The notes under the pieces are model-generated. The model was not told where the DNA came from and ran no database searches. It saw nothing but the letters and a program-made list of their open reading frames with translations. From an uncultured Poribacteria bacterium (lineage in GTDB: Bacteria; Poribacteria; WGA-4E; WGA-3G): a stretch of 64,000 nt of DNA. The position numbers and the translations under genes are program-made. Shown here piece after piece: positions 1 through 9,268 of this stretch (its first letter is position 1; every line of letters begins with the position of its first letter). The stretch covers positions 1 to 64,000 of the forward strand of contig OX638351.1 of the NCBI GenBank assembly GCA_951813565.1. Reading direction: 5' to 3'.

Positions 1-2
1 AT

Positions 3-560
3 CATCCGATTAGGACTATTGCAGATCTTAAATCGCCAAGCGTCAGGATGTGGGCACGGACAAGTGACAGAATTGCGCAAAGATTTTACAAAAGTGCACA
101 GATCGCAACTGTTCCCAGAGAGGTCACACAGGTCATGTCGTCACTCTATTCTGGACAACTCAACGCTGTAACTGCATCCCCTTATGTGACTGTGGCACTG
201 CAGTGGCACGATAAATTCAAGTATATGACAGATCTACCAGTAAGCGTTGGTGTTGGGGCAACAGTTATCACAAAGGAAAAGTTCGATCAACTTACGCCGC
301 ATCAGCAAAAGGTATTACGGGAAATAGGTGACAAGTATCAAACGAAAATGATTCTGGAAGTTCGGAAAGATAACGAAAGAGCGATTGAGGCACTCACAAA
401 GAAGGCTGGGATTCAGATTGTTAAGTTTGAAGATAAAGCGGTTGAAGCTTGGGATACCATTGCTGCTGAAACTCACAACGCACTTGTTGGGAAAATTTAC
501 TCTCAAGAGTTCCTTGATAAGATAAATATGCTGTTAAGTGAGTACCGAGAAAAGAAATAG
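3..560 (+). CDS. dctP: TRAP transporter substrate-binding protein (DctP family), 5'-truncated by window edge
   Basis: Frame open from base 3 (HPIRTIADLK..VRMW); motifs VMSSLYSGQLNAV and KEKFDQLTPHQQKVL typical of DctP. Confidence 0.8.
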   Translation, partial: HPIRTIADLKSPSVRMWARTSDRIAQRFYKSAQIATVPREVTQVMSSLYSGQLNAVTASPYVTVALQWHDKFKYMTDLPVSVGVGATVITKEKFDQLTPHQQKVLREIGDKYQTKMILEVRKDNERAIEALTKKAGIQIVKFEDKAVEAWDTIAAETHNALVGKIYSQEFLDKINMLLSEYREKK

Positions 561-584
561 TTTCGAAAATCCCAGTTAACTTCA

Positions 585-625
585 GAAATAGACGAGTTCT
601 TTTGGACTCGTCTATTTCCTTTTTT
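585..625 (+). terminator. Rho-independent terminator
   Basis: 13-bp stem GAAATAGACGAGT/ACTCGTCTATTTC followed by a T-run, between convergent genes. Confidence 0.8.
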
Positions 626-628
626 CCT

Positions 629-3600
629 TCACTGTTGAATTCCAACTTTCTCAAATATTAAATCTAAATATGATTGGGTTTTGTCGAATAGTTGACTCAT
701 AGACCCATTCTCTTTTTTATTGTGCCAATCCAAGCGAAGAATGTTATACGCCAATATATTTTTTTTAATCCAGTCAACGTCTTCTCCATTACCTAACTCA
801 GAACTATCCCGCAACAGAAGAAACGAATTAAGTTGAAATTTCTGGTCATGTTCAGCCTCTAACTGCTTTTCGAGCTTGGTAAGTGTTTGGTCTTCAGATT
901 TTTGTGCGATTTTAACTTTTGGATGATTCTTATAATCACCTCTTGTCCCGCCAATGATCTCCCGTTCTCCCTTTGGATCAGCAAAAAGGATATGTGTTAT
1001 CTCTTGTTCTCTATCAAGCACCCATAACACAAAATCGGGATAATAACTTCCTGCATCGCTTTCCAAATAGATGCCGATCTTCTGCACATTTCTCATCAGA
1101 TAGAATTCGTACCTTTCATTCTGGTAATAGGTTTCCTTGATATACTTTGTCAGGTCTTCAACAAATTTCTTTTCGCCTCTATTTAATCTATCTGGTGATA
1201 CTTTTAAATCACGGTACATGCTTTCTACATCTTCTTGAGGAAGTATAAGCGGTTTGTAGATGTGTCGGTGTCCTGGTTCTAACAATCGTCCTAATTCTCG
1301 CCGCATCAGTGCCTCAGGGTTTATACGTTCTGCCTTTGCTTTGTTACCTTCCTTTTCTGCATTCTTTATGTTCTTAAGAAACTCATCGTATTCATCTGGC
1401 TTCTCAAATTCCTTTGTCACTGTATACTGATAGATTAAATCATCTTGCTTCAAAGGTTCATAAACATAATTCGCACTATTGATATGTGCGTTGATACGGT
1501 TTTTCAGTTTACGGGTGCCATCAATTACGATTTGCCGATTAAGCCGATCTGTCCACGCAATTGGATCTTGCCCCGGTTTCTGATATTGAATTTCTCCGAC
1601 GAGTGATAAGTAGTCAACGATAGTGGGTTTATGATTTTCCTTGCTATAAAGTTGCAGCTGGTTCTTCTCGGCTTCACGATGAATAACGGTGGCAAGTTTT
1701 GCTCTATTCAGATAGCAAGCATACTTTTCATTATTTTGCCGTAGGTCTTCAAAAACATCTGGGGCACTTCTTTCCTTATCTGTTCGGTAATCTAACGTCA
1801 ATTTCCGCCAGTTACTGATAGTCCCAGGTTTTTCAGTACTATCATCAAGATAGGTATAGTGAATTTCATCTCCGTTGAGAAAAACTCGCTTGATGCCACT
1901 TCCTGCTGTGTTTCCCTGCTTAAAGATATGCAATTTTTGGCTATAGTCATCAAATTTAACTGACGTGTTACCATCTACTTTAAAAAGCATCGGGTTTACC
2001 TCAATCGTAAAAGTATGTAGAAGTGGAATACCACCCGCGTGCACTTCTTTAAGGAAATATTCAAGGTAACTACGCCGCAGACTGAAAACAGTTAACGTTT
2101 CCAACCGCCGAATATCATCTTTCTTATCATTTTTTCGTAGAAGATAGTAATTAGGGTTGTGCTCAATGTGTCGGCGTTTCCCGTTGCCACCTATTCCATG
2201 TAACCGAACACCGCGCCCAAAAATCTGTATAATCAGATTGCCTTTGGAACTACCTAAGTTAATTAGATCAATTACGGAAAGACGATAAGAATTCCACCCT
2301 TCCGCAAACTTACGACTTCCAATTAGGACATTTATTGGACTGGATTCATTGTCAAGGTTTTCAAATTGTAGGTTCGGATTAGCGAAAACTTCAACACGCG
2401 TTTCAATGCTGTCATTTGCAATGCTGTTGTAAAAACTCGTAGTATCCCCAACGTTAATCATGCCCCATTTTTCGCCATCACCATAAGAGAGAAGTAATTC
2501 GCTACTGTTTTCAGGGTTGCGTGCAACAACAAGCGGACCGATAATGTTGCCACCAAAAATGGATCTGAAATTTTGGCGTTCAACATCACTCAGCGCAGCA
2601 AAATAATCTAATACCTTTTGAATATCAGAAACTTCATCGTCTTTCCCTTCGTCCTGCGGTTTTTCGACTGTATGCCCCATAAACGCCATCAAAGGACGAT
2701 GCTTAGTCAGATCATCATCAAATTGTTCATCATTTTGGACTCTGTTGAATGTCTGTAACTTTTCCTCCATCACTCGGAGGCATTCGTCTAAATTTTCCTT
2801 GATTTCCCCGTCGGACTCAGCATCCACCGTATCTGCTGCTATTGGCTTAAAAAAGTGGTCTTTGCCGTATCCATCGCCATAAAATCGGGCGTAATCGTAT
2901 CGGTAGATGATAGCGTTATCGTATTCGTCCTTCAACTCTTTAGCGACGTTGTGGAAAGTAGCAGAATATTCAAATAGGAAGGAGTTACCTACATTGAGAC
3001 GGTTTCGAAGTTCTCTAAATTTACCCGCTTCTCCACTTGTCAAGCCGATGTGTGCTTCGTCAACTAAAACGAGTCGGCGGATTTCTCCGCCATCTGGTAA
3101 TTTAAAATAATCCTCATCTTTCTGTAAAAGCCCTTGTGTTGTGTCAATTATGAGTTCAATTCGATTATTATAGGTTTCATTGAGCTGACGCACATAAGGT
3201 TCTAACTCGCGTTCGTGCTGTTTAATTAGATTTGCCAAAGGGGTTGTTAGGAAGATTTGAAGGCGGGCATTGCTTTCTTTACAAAAATGGTGCAAATACT
3301 GAAGAATGTTAAGATGCATCACAAGGGTCTTTCCACTTCCCGTTGCCATCCAATACGCCAACATCCGTTGTTTATCTTGTCCATTATTCAGTTCAGGGCC
3401 AGTTGATAGTGTGTGGTCGGCAAAGAATTGCTCCGTAAAAAGCAGTGCTAACACTTGATAGTAACGGAGTTCAAAATTATTTCTTGTCAGATAGTTATAA
3501 TCGTCAAGAAATTTCCGAATCCGTTCCAGCGGCTCAATGGGTAATCGTAACATCTGGTCTGGATCGTAATACTCAATGTCACGTTTTGTTCCGTCATTGC

Positions 3601-3658
3601 TGATGTCAATTCCGTTTTCTTTTAGAATGCTTGCTTCGTATTCTTGATATAGTGCCAT
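629..3658 (-). CDS. res: Type III restriction enzyme Res subunit (SF2 helicase + PD-(D/E)XK nuclease)
   Basis: MATGSGKT Walker A, DEAH, SAT, KFAEGW, QIFGRGVR, C-terminal YYPDFVLW..LFADPKG; 1009 aa. Confidence 0.85.
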   Translation of the reverse strand: MALYQEYEASILKENGIDISNDGTKRDIEYYDPDQMLRLPIEPLERIRKFLDDYNYLTRNNFELRYYQVLALLFTEQFFADHTLSTGPELNNGQDKQRMLAYWMATGSGKTLVMHLNILQYLHHFCKESNARLQIFLTTPLANLIKQHERELEPYVRQLNETYNNRIELIIDTTQGLLQKDEDYFKLPDGGEIRRLVLVDEAHIGLTSGEAGKFRELRNRLNVGNSFLFEYSATFHNVAKELKDEYDNAIIYRYDYARFYGDGYGKDHFFKPIAADTVDAESDGEIKENLDECLRVMEEKLQTFNRVQNDEQFDDDLTKHRPLMAFMGHTVEKPQDEGKDDEVSDIQKVLDYFAALSDVERQNFRSIFGGNIIGPLVVARNPENSSELLLSYGDGEKWGMINVGDTTSFYNSIANDSIETRVEVFANPNLQFENLDNESSPINVLIGSRKFAEGWNSYRLSVIDLINLGSSKGNLIIQIFGRGVRLHGIGGNGKRRHIEHNPNYYLLRKNDKKDDIRRLETLTVFSLRRSYLEYFLKEVHAGGIPLLHTFTIEVNPMLFKVDGNTSVKFDDYSQKLHIFKQGNTAGSGIKRVFLNGDEIHYTYLDDSTEKPGTISNWRKLTLDYRTDKERSAPDVFEDLRQNNEKYACYLNRAKLATVIHREAEKNQLQLYSKENHKPTIVDYLSLVGEIQYQKPGQDPIAWTDRLNRQIVIDGTRKLKNRINAHINSANYVYEPLKQDDLIYQYTVTKEFEKPDEYDEFLKNIKNAEKEGNKAKAERINPEALMRRELGRLLEPGHRHIYKPLILPQEDVESMYRDLKVSPDRLNRGEKKFVEDLTKYIKETYYQNERYEFYLMRNVQKIGIYLESDAGSYYPDFVLWVLDREQEITHILFADPKGEREIIGGTRGDYKNHPKVKIAQKSEDQTLTKLEKQLEAEHDQKFQLNSFLLLRDSSELGNGEDVDWIKKNILAYNILRLDWHNKKENGSMSQLFDKTQSYLDLIFEKVGIQQ

Positions 3659-3762
3659 TAGTTTTCAACGGTAGATAGACTGAGGAACAGTATCCTTGTC
3701 TTACAGATGTACTCTCAGATCATTGCAAACGTTAACAGTACCGAGCACTTTTATGCGCTGTG

Positions 3763-4161
3763 TTACCAGTGTTCTGTCTGCAAAACTTCAACTTCATCAA
3801 AATGTGAGTCACGCGTGACAAGAATTAATCCATGCTGCATCGCAATTGCTGCAATCCAGATATCGTTATTCGGGATAGGACGACCTTTCCTTTGTAGCTG
3901 GTTCTTGATGATTCCATACCACCGTGCTGTTTCTAAGTTGCATGAATAGATTGGAAATCGTTGAGTCAACCTATCAATTCTTCGGATATTCTCTATAGGT
4001 TTTTCGGATTTCTGTGCACCGTAGTAAAGTTCACCGATTGCAGATGAAGCCAAGAACACTCTATCCGTATTTTGCATTTTTTCTTGAATTGCTTCGTCTC
4101 TGTTAAATAATCCGATGATAATATTGGTATCCAAAAGGTAACTACCATTCTGACGTATCAA
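3763..4161 (-). CDS. vapC: VapC PIN-domain toxin (start uncertain; TTG at 4161 chosen)
   Basis: YLLDTNII, GELYYGA, GRPIPNNDIWIAAIA, LVTRDSHF PIN motifs. Confidence 0.9.
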   Translation of the reverse strand: MIRQNGSYLLDTNIIIGLFNRDEAIQEKMQNTDRVFLASSAIGELYYGAQKSEKPIENIRRIDRLTQRFPIYSCNLETARWYGIIKNQLQRKGRPIPNNDIWIAAIAMQHGLILVTRDSHFDEVEVLQTEHW

Positions 4162-4372
4162 TCTGCCCACAGTCCTCCTCAATCGCTTGTTTTATCTGTT
4201 TAAGGTCCTCCGGCGGAAATAATCCTACAAATTCAAGGAGTTCTTTACCTGATATGCCCTTTGGTGATTCTCCCGACAGTTCCAGTATGAAATCTAAAAC
4301 CTGTCGCTGTTGTCCAAGTGAAAGTTTTTCTAACCGCTCTACAATTTCTTGAATAGCTGCCGATTTTTTCAT
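4142..4372 (-). CDS. Putative antitoxin of the VapC
   Basis: 76-aa acidic ORF directly upstream of and overlapping vapC; AAGGAG RBS. Confidence 0.75.
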   Translation of the reverse strand: MKKSAAIQEIVERLEKLSLGQQRQVLDFILELSGESPKGISGKELLEFVGLFPPEDLKQIKQAIEEDCGQIDTSEW

Positions 4373-4478
4373 GGTGCTGTCTCCTTACAGTTAGTTTATG
4401 ACGTAGGTTACACTTAAAAAACTTTCTGTATCAAGTTTATCATAATTGTACCCAGAAATCAATGCTTGATGTTCACCT

Positions 4479-5937
4479 GGGTGTGTAAAGTTTTTGGCAT
4501 GAAATTGAAATGAATGGAGTTCTTGTAGAAAATGTATATAACTGGTATCCTACCCTAATAATTATCACACTATTATAGGAGAGGATACCAATGCCAAGTA
4601 TATCATTAAGTCCTTGTGAAGGCAACGATTACAAAGCAGATTTTAACGAGTTTGTAAAAGAGATCAACGATCTTTATGTAGACATCAATTCTGACGAGGG
4701 TTTATCTTTAGGTGATGTTGAAGTCCGTGTTTCCGAAGCATTTTGTTCTTTTAAACAAAAGTTTTTAGAAATGTGTGTTTCTAAAAAGTCAAATAAGAAA
4801 GAGCGTGAACCAGTTGAATGTCCAGCGTGTCAAGAACTTTGTCGTCCATTGCGTATGCGTGCGCGTTATTTCACAACACTTTGTGGAAAAACAAGCGTAA
4901 ATCGTTGGGTGTATTGTTGTGAACAAGGACATCGTCACGCGCCGTGGGAGGTCAAACAGAAGTTATTGGGTCAATACACGCGTCGTGTTGCTGAAGCGAT
5001 GTGTCGTCTGTCTGCCCTTCTTGACTATAGAGAAGCGGCATCGGAGTTGTCGCATCAAGGTATAGAAGTCAGCCACACGACGCTCCAACACAAAGTGAGT
5101 GAATGGTCAGAAGATTTGAGCGTCTGTGAACAAGTGGCACCTCAAAAACTCGCAGAAAATGAGCGATGGCATGTGAGTTGTGATGGGTGTCATACCAACT
5201 CCCCTGATGGGTGGAAAGAGACAAAAGTTGGTAGTGTTTACAGAGATTATCCACAATGTGGTTCTGATGCGGTGTCAAGTGCGAGAGAGACAAGTATCCG
5301 TTATGTCGCAACGCGTAATGATGCGGCACATTTTGGTAAGGAGTTATATGCGTTAGCAACCAATAGTGGCATCTACCAAGAAGCGATAGATACGCAAGAG
5401 ATTGTGTTTCTTGGTGATGGTGCAGCGTGGATATGGAACTTAGCGGATGAATACTTCCCCAATGCTGTAGAGATTGTGGATTATATGCATGCGAAGTCTC
5501 ATCTATATGATGTTGCTAAAGTTGCGTTCGGAGAGACTGAAACAGAGGCGATACAAGACTGGGTAAAAACGACAGAACCTATCCTTTATGATGGCAACAT
5601 TACAGAAGTAGCCGCACGCATTCGTGGCTTAGACACACAGACCCCGGAAGTATCGGATATTTTAGAAAGAGAAGCGCGGTATTTCGAAAAACACGCGAAG
5701 CGAATGCAGTATAAAGCGTTTAGAGAAAAAGGGTATCAGATTGGCAGTGGTGTGATTGAAAGTGCGTGTAAACATGTTGTCGGACAAAGATGCAAACAAG
5801 CTGCTATGAGATGGGAGAAACCGGGTATCAATGCTGTGCTGAAGTGGAGGTGTTTGTTGAAAAATGAAGCATGGAATAATTATTGGTATACAAACACAAA
5901 AGCAGCGTGATATTCATGCCAAAAACTTTACACACCC
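4479..5937 (+). mobile_element. Complete insertion sequence, ISKra4/ISLre2-like (UPF0236-type transposase)
   Basis: Perfect 25-bp terminal inverted repeats GGGTGTGTAAAGTTTTTGGCATGAA at 4479-4503 and 5913-5937 enclosing a transposase; no flanking direct repeat. Confidence 0.9.
4591..5910 (+). CDS. DDE transposase (ISKra4/ISLre2-like)
   Basis: CPAC zinc knuckle, SCDG, LGDGAAWIW, VDYMHA, IGSGVIESACKHVV..R motifs. Confidence 0.9.
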   Translation: MPSISLSPCEGNDYKADFNEFVKEINDLYVDINSDEGLSLGDVEVRVSEAFCSFKQKFLEMCVSKKSNKKEREPVECPACQELCRPLRMRARYFTTLCGKTSVNRWVYCCEQGHRHAPWEVKQKLLGQYTRRVAEAMCRLSALLDYREAASELSHQGIEVSHTTLQHKVSEWSEDLSVCEQVAPQKLAENERWHVSCDGCHTNSPDGWKETKVGSVYRDYPQCGSDAVSSARETSIRYVATRNDAAHFGKELYALATNSGIYQEAIDTQEIVFLGDGAAWIWNLADEYFPNAVEIVDYMHAKSHLYDVAKVAFGETETEAIQDWVKTTEPILYDGNITEVAARIRGLDTQTPEVSDILEREARYFEKHAKRMQYKAFREKGYQIGSGVIESACKHVVGQRCKQAAMRWEKPGINAVLKWRCLLKNEAWNNYWYTNTKAA

Positions 5938-6009
5938 ATGATTGTCCATTGCGTTGCCCTTTTGGTTCAATTGCGATAGAGGATTCTATAACGCCAAAAT
6001 ACTAATATA

Positions 6010-6161
6010 ACGCAAGTTGCTACTTACAAAATTTTGAACAAAAAGACGATGTTTTTCCTAAAAAACAAGGGTTTTTCGTTGATTCTGGATGTCTTTTGTT
6101 ATAAATCGGGGTTAGAAACCCCTCCTACAAGAGAATTTACGAAATCGGTAGCAACTTGGGT
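6010..6161. mobile_element. 152-bp MITE with internal REP hairpin
   Basis: TIR ACGCAAGTTGCTAC / GTAGCAACTTGGGT (1 mismatch); 7-bp direct repeat TAATATA at 6003-6009 and 6162-6168; internal ATCGGGGTTAGAAACCCCTCCTAC. Confidence 0.8.
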
Positions 6162-6210
6162 TAATATAGGCAGTATAATACAAGTTGGATCAAGAAATCA
6201 ACCTCTTATT

Positions 6211-7662
6211 CTAAGCCTGCCTAAACTGCAAATACTCAGCAATTTTCAAATTTTCCTGTGCCGCCCATCTTTCTAAGAGGAATTTTTCTGTACGTGTTGG
6301 GAGTCGATTCCGCTTGCCCCGAACTTGACGGATAAGGTTTTCGGGTCGTGAAACCTCAACTGTCAAAACTTTGCTTCTTCCTTTTTCGTCTTCAGACTCC
6401 ATCGTCCAAATTGATGTCTTTCCGGTGTAGCAGGACTTCGCGTAAGTTCTGACACAGTGATTCATTTTTCTACTTTCATCAATCAGTTCGTTTGTACTGA
6501 GAAGTTCCCGAATATGCCAGTATTTCAAGTTGCGTTTCTGCTCGCTACCTTCTCGGAAATGGAATTCTCCGATTTCTGATGGAGTCCATTGGAAGTCTCC
6601 TCCTCTTGTTTCCCTGCCGAGTTGTCGATGCCATTCGTTCACTTGATGGAGCAATGTCTCAGGTGTTCTTCCTCTCATGCTGAAGTTGGGTTGTGCTGGT
6701 CCAATTTCTTCCGCGATACCCCTCTCAACAAATACCCGTTGATTTTCGAATTTCTGATTCCAAATATAGTCAATAATCGGATGCACATGACTAACGTCTA
6801 ACATCGGATTTGCAATAAAGAAGCGGATAACATTCAGCCAGAAATCATCGTTTCTGAAATTTCTGGTGAGGATTGTCCCGCGAAGTGCATCCATTAACCT
6901 TTTATCGCCTCCGAGTGCGTGCACTTGTCCCCAGCGGAGTGCTTCCTCAACGGTATACTGTTTAGGTGCTCTGAGGAAATGGTGCGCCATCTTTTTTGTG
7001 AGCGACACAGGTATATCTGGTGCGGTTCGAATGTTCTGGCCACTCCCGATATGCTTATACCAATTCTGATGCATTTCGTTTTCAGTAAACCAAACACGAT
7101 CCATGAACGACGGGATATCATAAGCCACAAATAAGTGGCGAAGAAGTTCAGAAAACTGCCGATCTCGATTATGTCTTTTAACCTGCCACGTCTCAATAGG
7201 ACGAATCCAACTTTCAGCGTGATTCGCTATAGTCTCAACACCCCTAATATAGGAAGTATCTTTTAAAAGATCCGAATTTTCCCCAAGGTACAATAAGAGA
7301 TGAAGTAGGACTTTCCGAGAATTACTCCTCTCAAATGCAAGCGTAATCTCTTTCGCAACTGGATTTCTTATTTCTTCACGCTGCAATTTACCATCATATA
7401 TCTTTGGAATAATCTCTTTCAAGTTGCGCGTTTTCTTCTCATTCGCCATTATTTTAGAAGCTTTAATTGTAGTTACGAGATCCAATTCGTTTCGGAGTTG
7501 TCGTGAATTTTTGTCCAATCCCCGACTGAAATTATGCTTACGACACCAAACTCTATAATCTTCAACCGTAGATAAGCCAAGTTGATGAATATGTGCCTGC
7601 ATTTCCAATGAACATTCTTCTATCGGTATTTTTGTTTTGGTTCTTTTTTTCTTTTGAGCCAT
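6211..7662 (-). CDS. PcfJ domain-containing protein
   Basis: C-terminal ELLSTNELIDESRKMNHCVRTY..IWTM..LTVEV..IRQVRGKRN matches the PcfJ-like signature; GGAGG RBS. Confidence 0.8.
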   Translation of the reverse strand: MAQKKKRTKTKIPIEECSLEMQAHIHQLGLSTVEDYRVWCRKHNFSRGLDKNSRQLRNELDLVTTIKASKIMANEKKTRNLKEIIPKIYDGKLQREEIRNPVAKEITLAFERSNSRKVLLHLLLYLGENSDLLKDTSYIRGVETIANHAESWIRPIETWQVKRHNRDRQFSELLRHLFVAYDIPSFMDRVWFTENEMHQNWYKHIGSGQNIRTAPDIPVSLTKKMAHHFLRAPKQYTVEEALRWGQVHALGGDKRLMDALRGTILTRNFRNDDFWLNVIRFFIANPMLDVSHVHPIIDYIWNQKFENQRVFVERGIAEEIGPAQPNFSMRGRTPETLLHQVNEWHRQLGRETRGGDFQWTPSEIGEFHFREGSEQKRNLKYWHIRELLSTNELIDESRKMNHCVRTYAKSCYTGKTSIWTMESEDEKGRSKVLTVEVSRPENLIRQVRGKRNRLPTRTEKFLLERWAAQENLKIAEYLQFRQA

Positions 7663-7948
7663 CTATTTCCTCCGTTTTAACCTATTTTGGACACACATTT
7701 TCATCTAAAATATCTGAGGACAGCAAATTAACACAAGTTAGATTGATAATAACCCATAAAATTTATATGCTGATGAGTTTCACAAATCGTAGGAGGGCTT
7801 TGTCCGCCTGATTTAGAATATACAGTGTTTGCAGTGGCACAATTATTGTGCGTTGCAGATTAGATTGATTTAGTGGTGTAAAACTACACCCCAATAGGAG
7901 ATGGTCGTATATTATAAAATTTTACAATAAGTATGGTGAGATAATCAA

Positions 7949-9262
7949 TTATTTTTTTACAGCACCGAAAGTGACACCGCGCAGTAGATGACTTCGCATC
8001 AAAAAGGTAAAAATCGCGACTGGCAGTAAAAAAACGAATGTTGACGCTGCAATTTTACCCCAATCCATGCCTGCCGAGCCAGTAGCACTTGTAATAGAGG
8101 GTGGTGCTGTCACAGCTCTTCCGCCAGTTTCGGTAAGGACAAGTGCAAATGCGAACTCGTTCCACGCGGTAATAAGACAAAATACTGCAGTTGCTGCAAT
8201 CCCTGTGACAGATTGCGGTAGAACAACTTTCAAGAAGGTCTGAAAACGTGTATATCCATCAACGAGAGCTGCGTCTTCATACTCCCTTGGGATTTCATCA
8301 ATAAACCCTTTCATAAGCCAAACAGCAAATGAAACGTTGAAAGTTGTGTATAGCAGTATCAAACCGAAATGTGTATCTCGTAGCCCAAGCCATGCATACA
8401 TCAGATAGATAGGAATTACGACGACAACCGGAGGAAGCATCCGGGTACTCAAAATAAAAAAGAGCAGATCATCCTTGCCAGCAATATTGAATCGAGAGAA
8501 AGCATACGCAGAAAGTGTGCCTAACCCTACAGCAAGGACAGTACTGCCTCCACCGATGATAATGCTGTTGAGCAACTGGTAGAAATACTTTGACCCGCCA
8601 TTTGCAAGAGCAATGCAAATACCAATTGTGGCTAAAATGATTGTTATGACAAATGCGAAAAGTTCTTTTTTGTCAATAGGCAAATTGCCACCAGAACTGT
8701 TGTTTGCTGCAGAGATCTTTTTTCTCCAAGGAACAAACAGGAGATAGGCTACTATGTCACAAACTATCAGTGTGAAAAAGTGAAAACGGACATCTGTTTG
8801 TGATCGACTCGGGATTGGCTGCGTGCTGAAAAAACCGTAGAGACATGTTAGGACAAAGATAATATTGCATATCAAACCGATGTTTCGCATCAGTACGGCA
8901 CGAGACATTATAGGTTTTGCTAATGAAAATAGGGCAAACAGAAGTATCCCCCCAAATGTCTGTGCTATTAAAAGATAGGTTACACTCGGCACATTTTCTG
9001 TCGGTAGTAACTTTCTATAGTTTTCCAATGAAATATTAAAAAAGAACTTTGGAATTTTGGTGTTAATATCTCCCGGTGATTTGAGCGAAGTTACTAAGAT
9101 CCAGTAAATAGGAAGCACATATACGATAACCGTGATGAAAATTAACACCATAATTATGAAAAATACAATCTTAGATCTATTGGATACGATGAAGGAACGG
9201 AACCGGACTAACAAAGATATAAGGAAGAATCCAACCTTTTTCCATTTTGGAAAGTTTGCCAT
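7949..9262 (-). CDS. Carbohydrate ABC transporter permease (MalG-like) with extra membrane insert
   Basis: EAA motif IPREYEDAALVDG; AWNEFAFA; 437 aa, longer than usual. Confidence 0.9.
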   Translation of the reverse strand: MANFPKWKKVGFFLISLLVRFRSFIVSNRSKIVFFIIMVLIFITVIVYVLPIYWILVTSLKSPGDINTKIPKFFFNISLENYRKLLPTENVPSVTYLLIAQTFGGILLFALFSLAKPIMSRAVLMRNIGLICNIIFVLTCLYGFFSTQPIPSRSQTDVRFHFFTLIVCDIVAYLLFVPWRKKISAANNSSGGNLPIDKKELFAFVITIILATIGICIALANGGSKYFYQLLNSIIIGGGSTVLAVGLGTLSAYAFSRFNIAGKDDLLFFILSTRMLPPVVVVIPIYLMYAWLGLRDTHFGLILLYTTFNVSFAVWLMKGFIDEIPREYEDAALVDGYTRFQTFLKVVLPQSVTGIAATAVFCLITAWNEFAFALVLTETGGRAVTAPPSITSATGSAGMDWGKIAASTFVFLLPVAIFTFLMRSHLLRGVTFGAVKK

Positions 9263-9268
9263 AACGTA

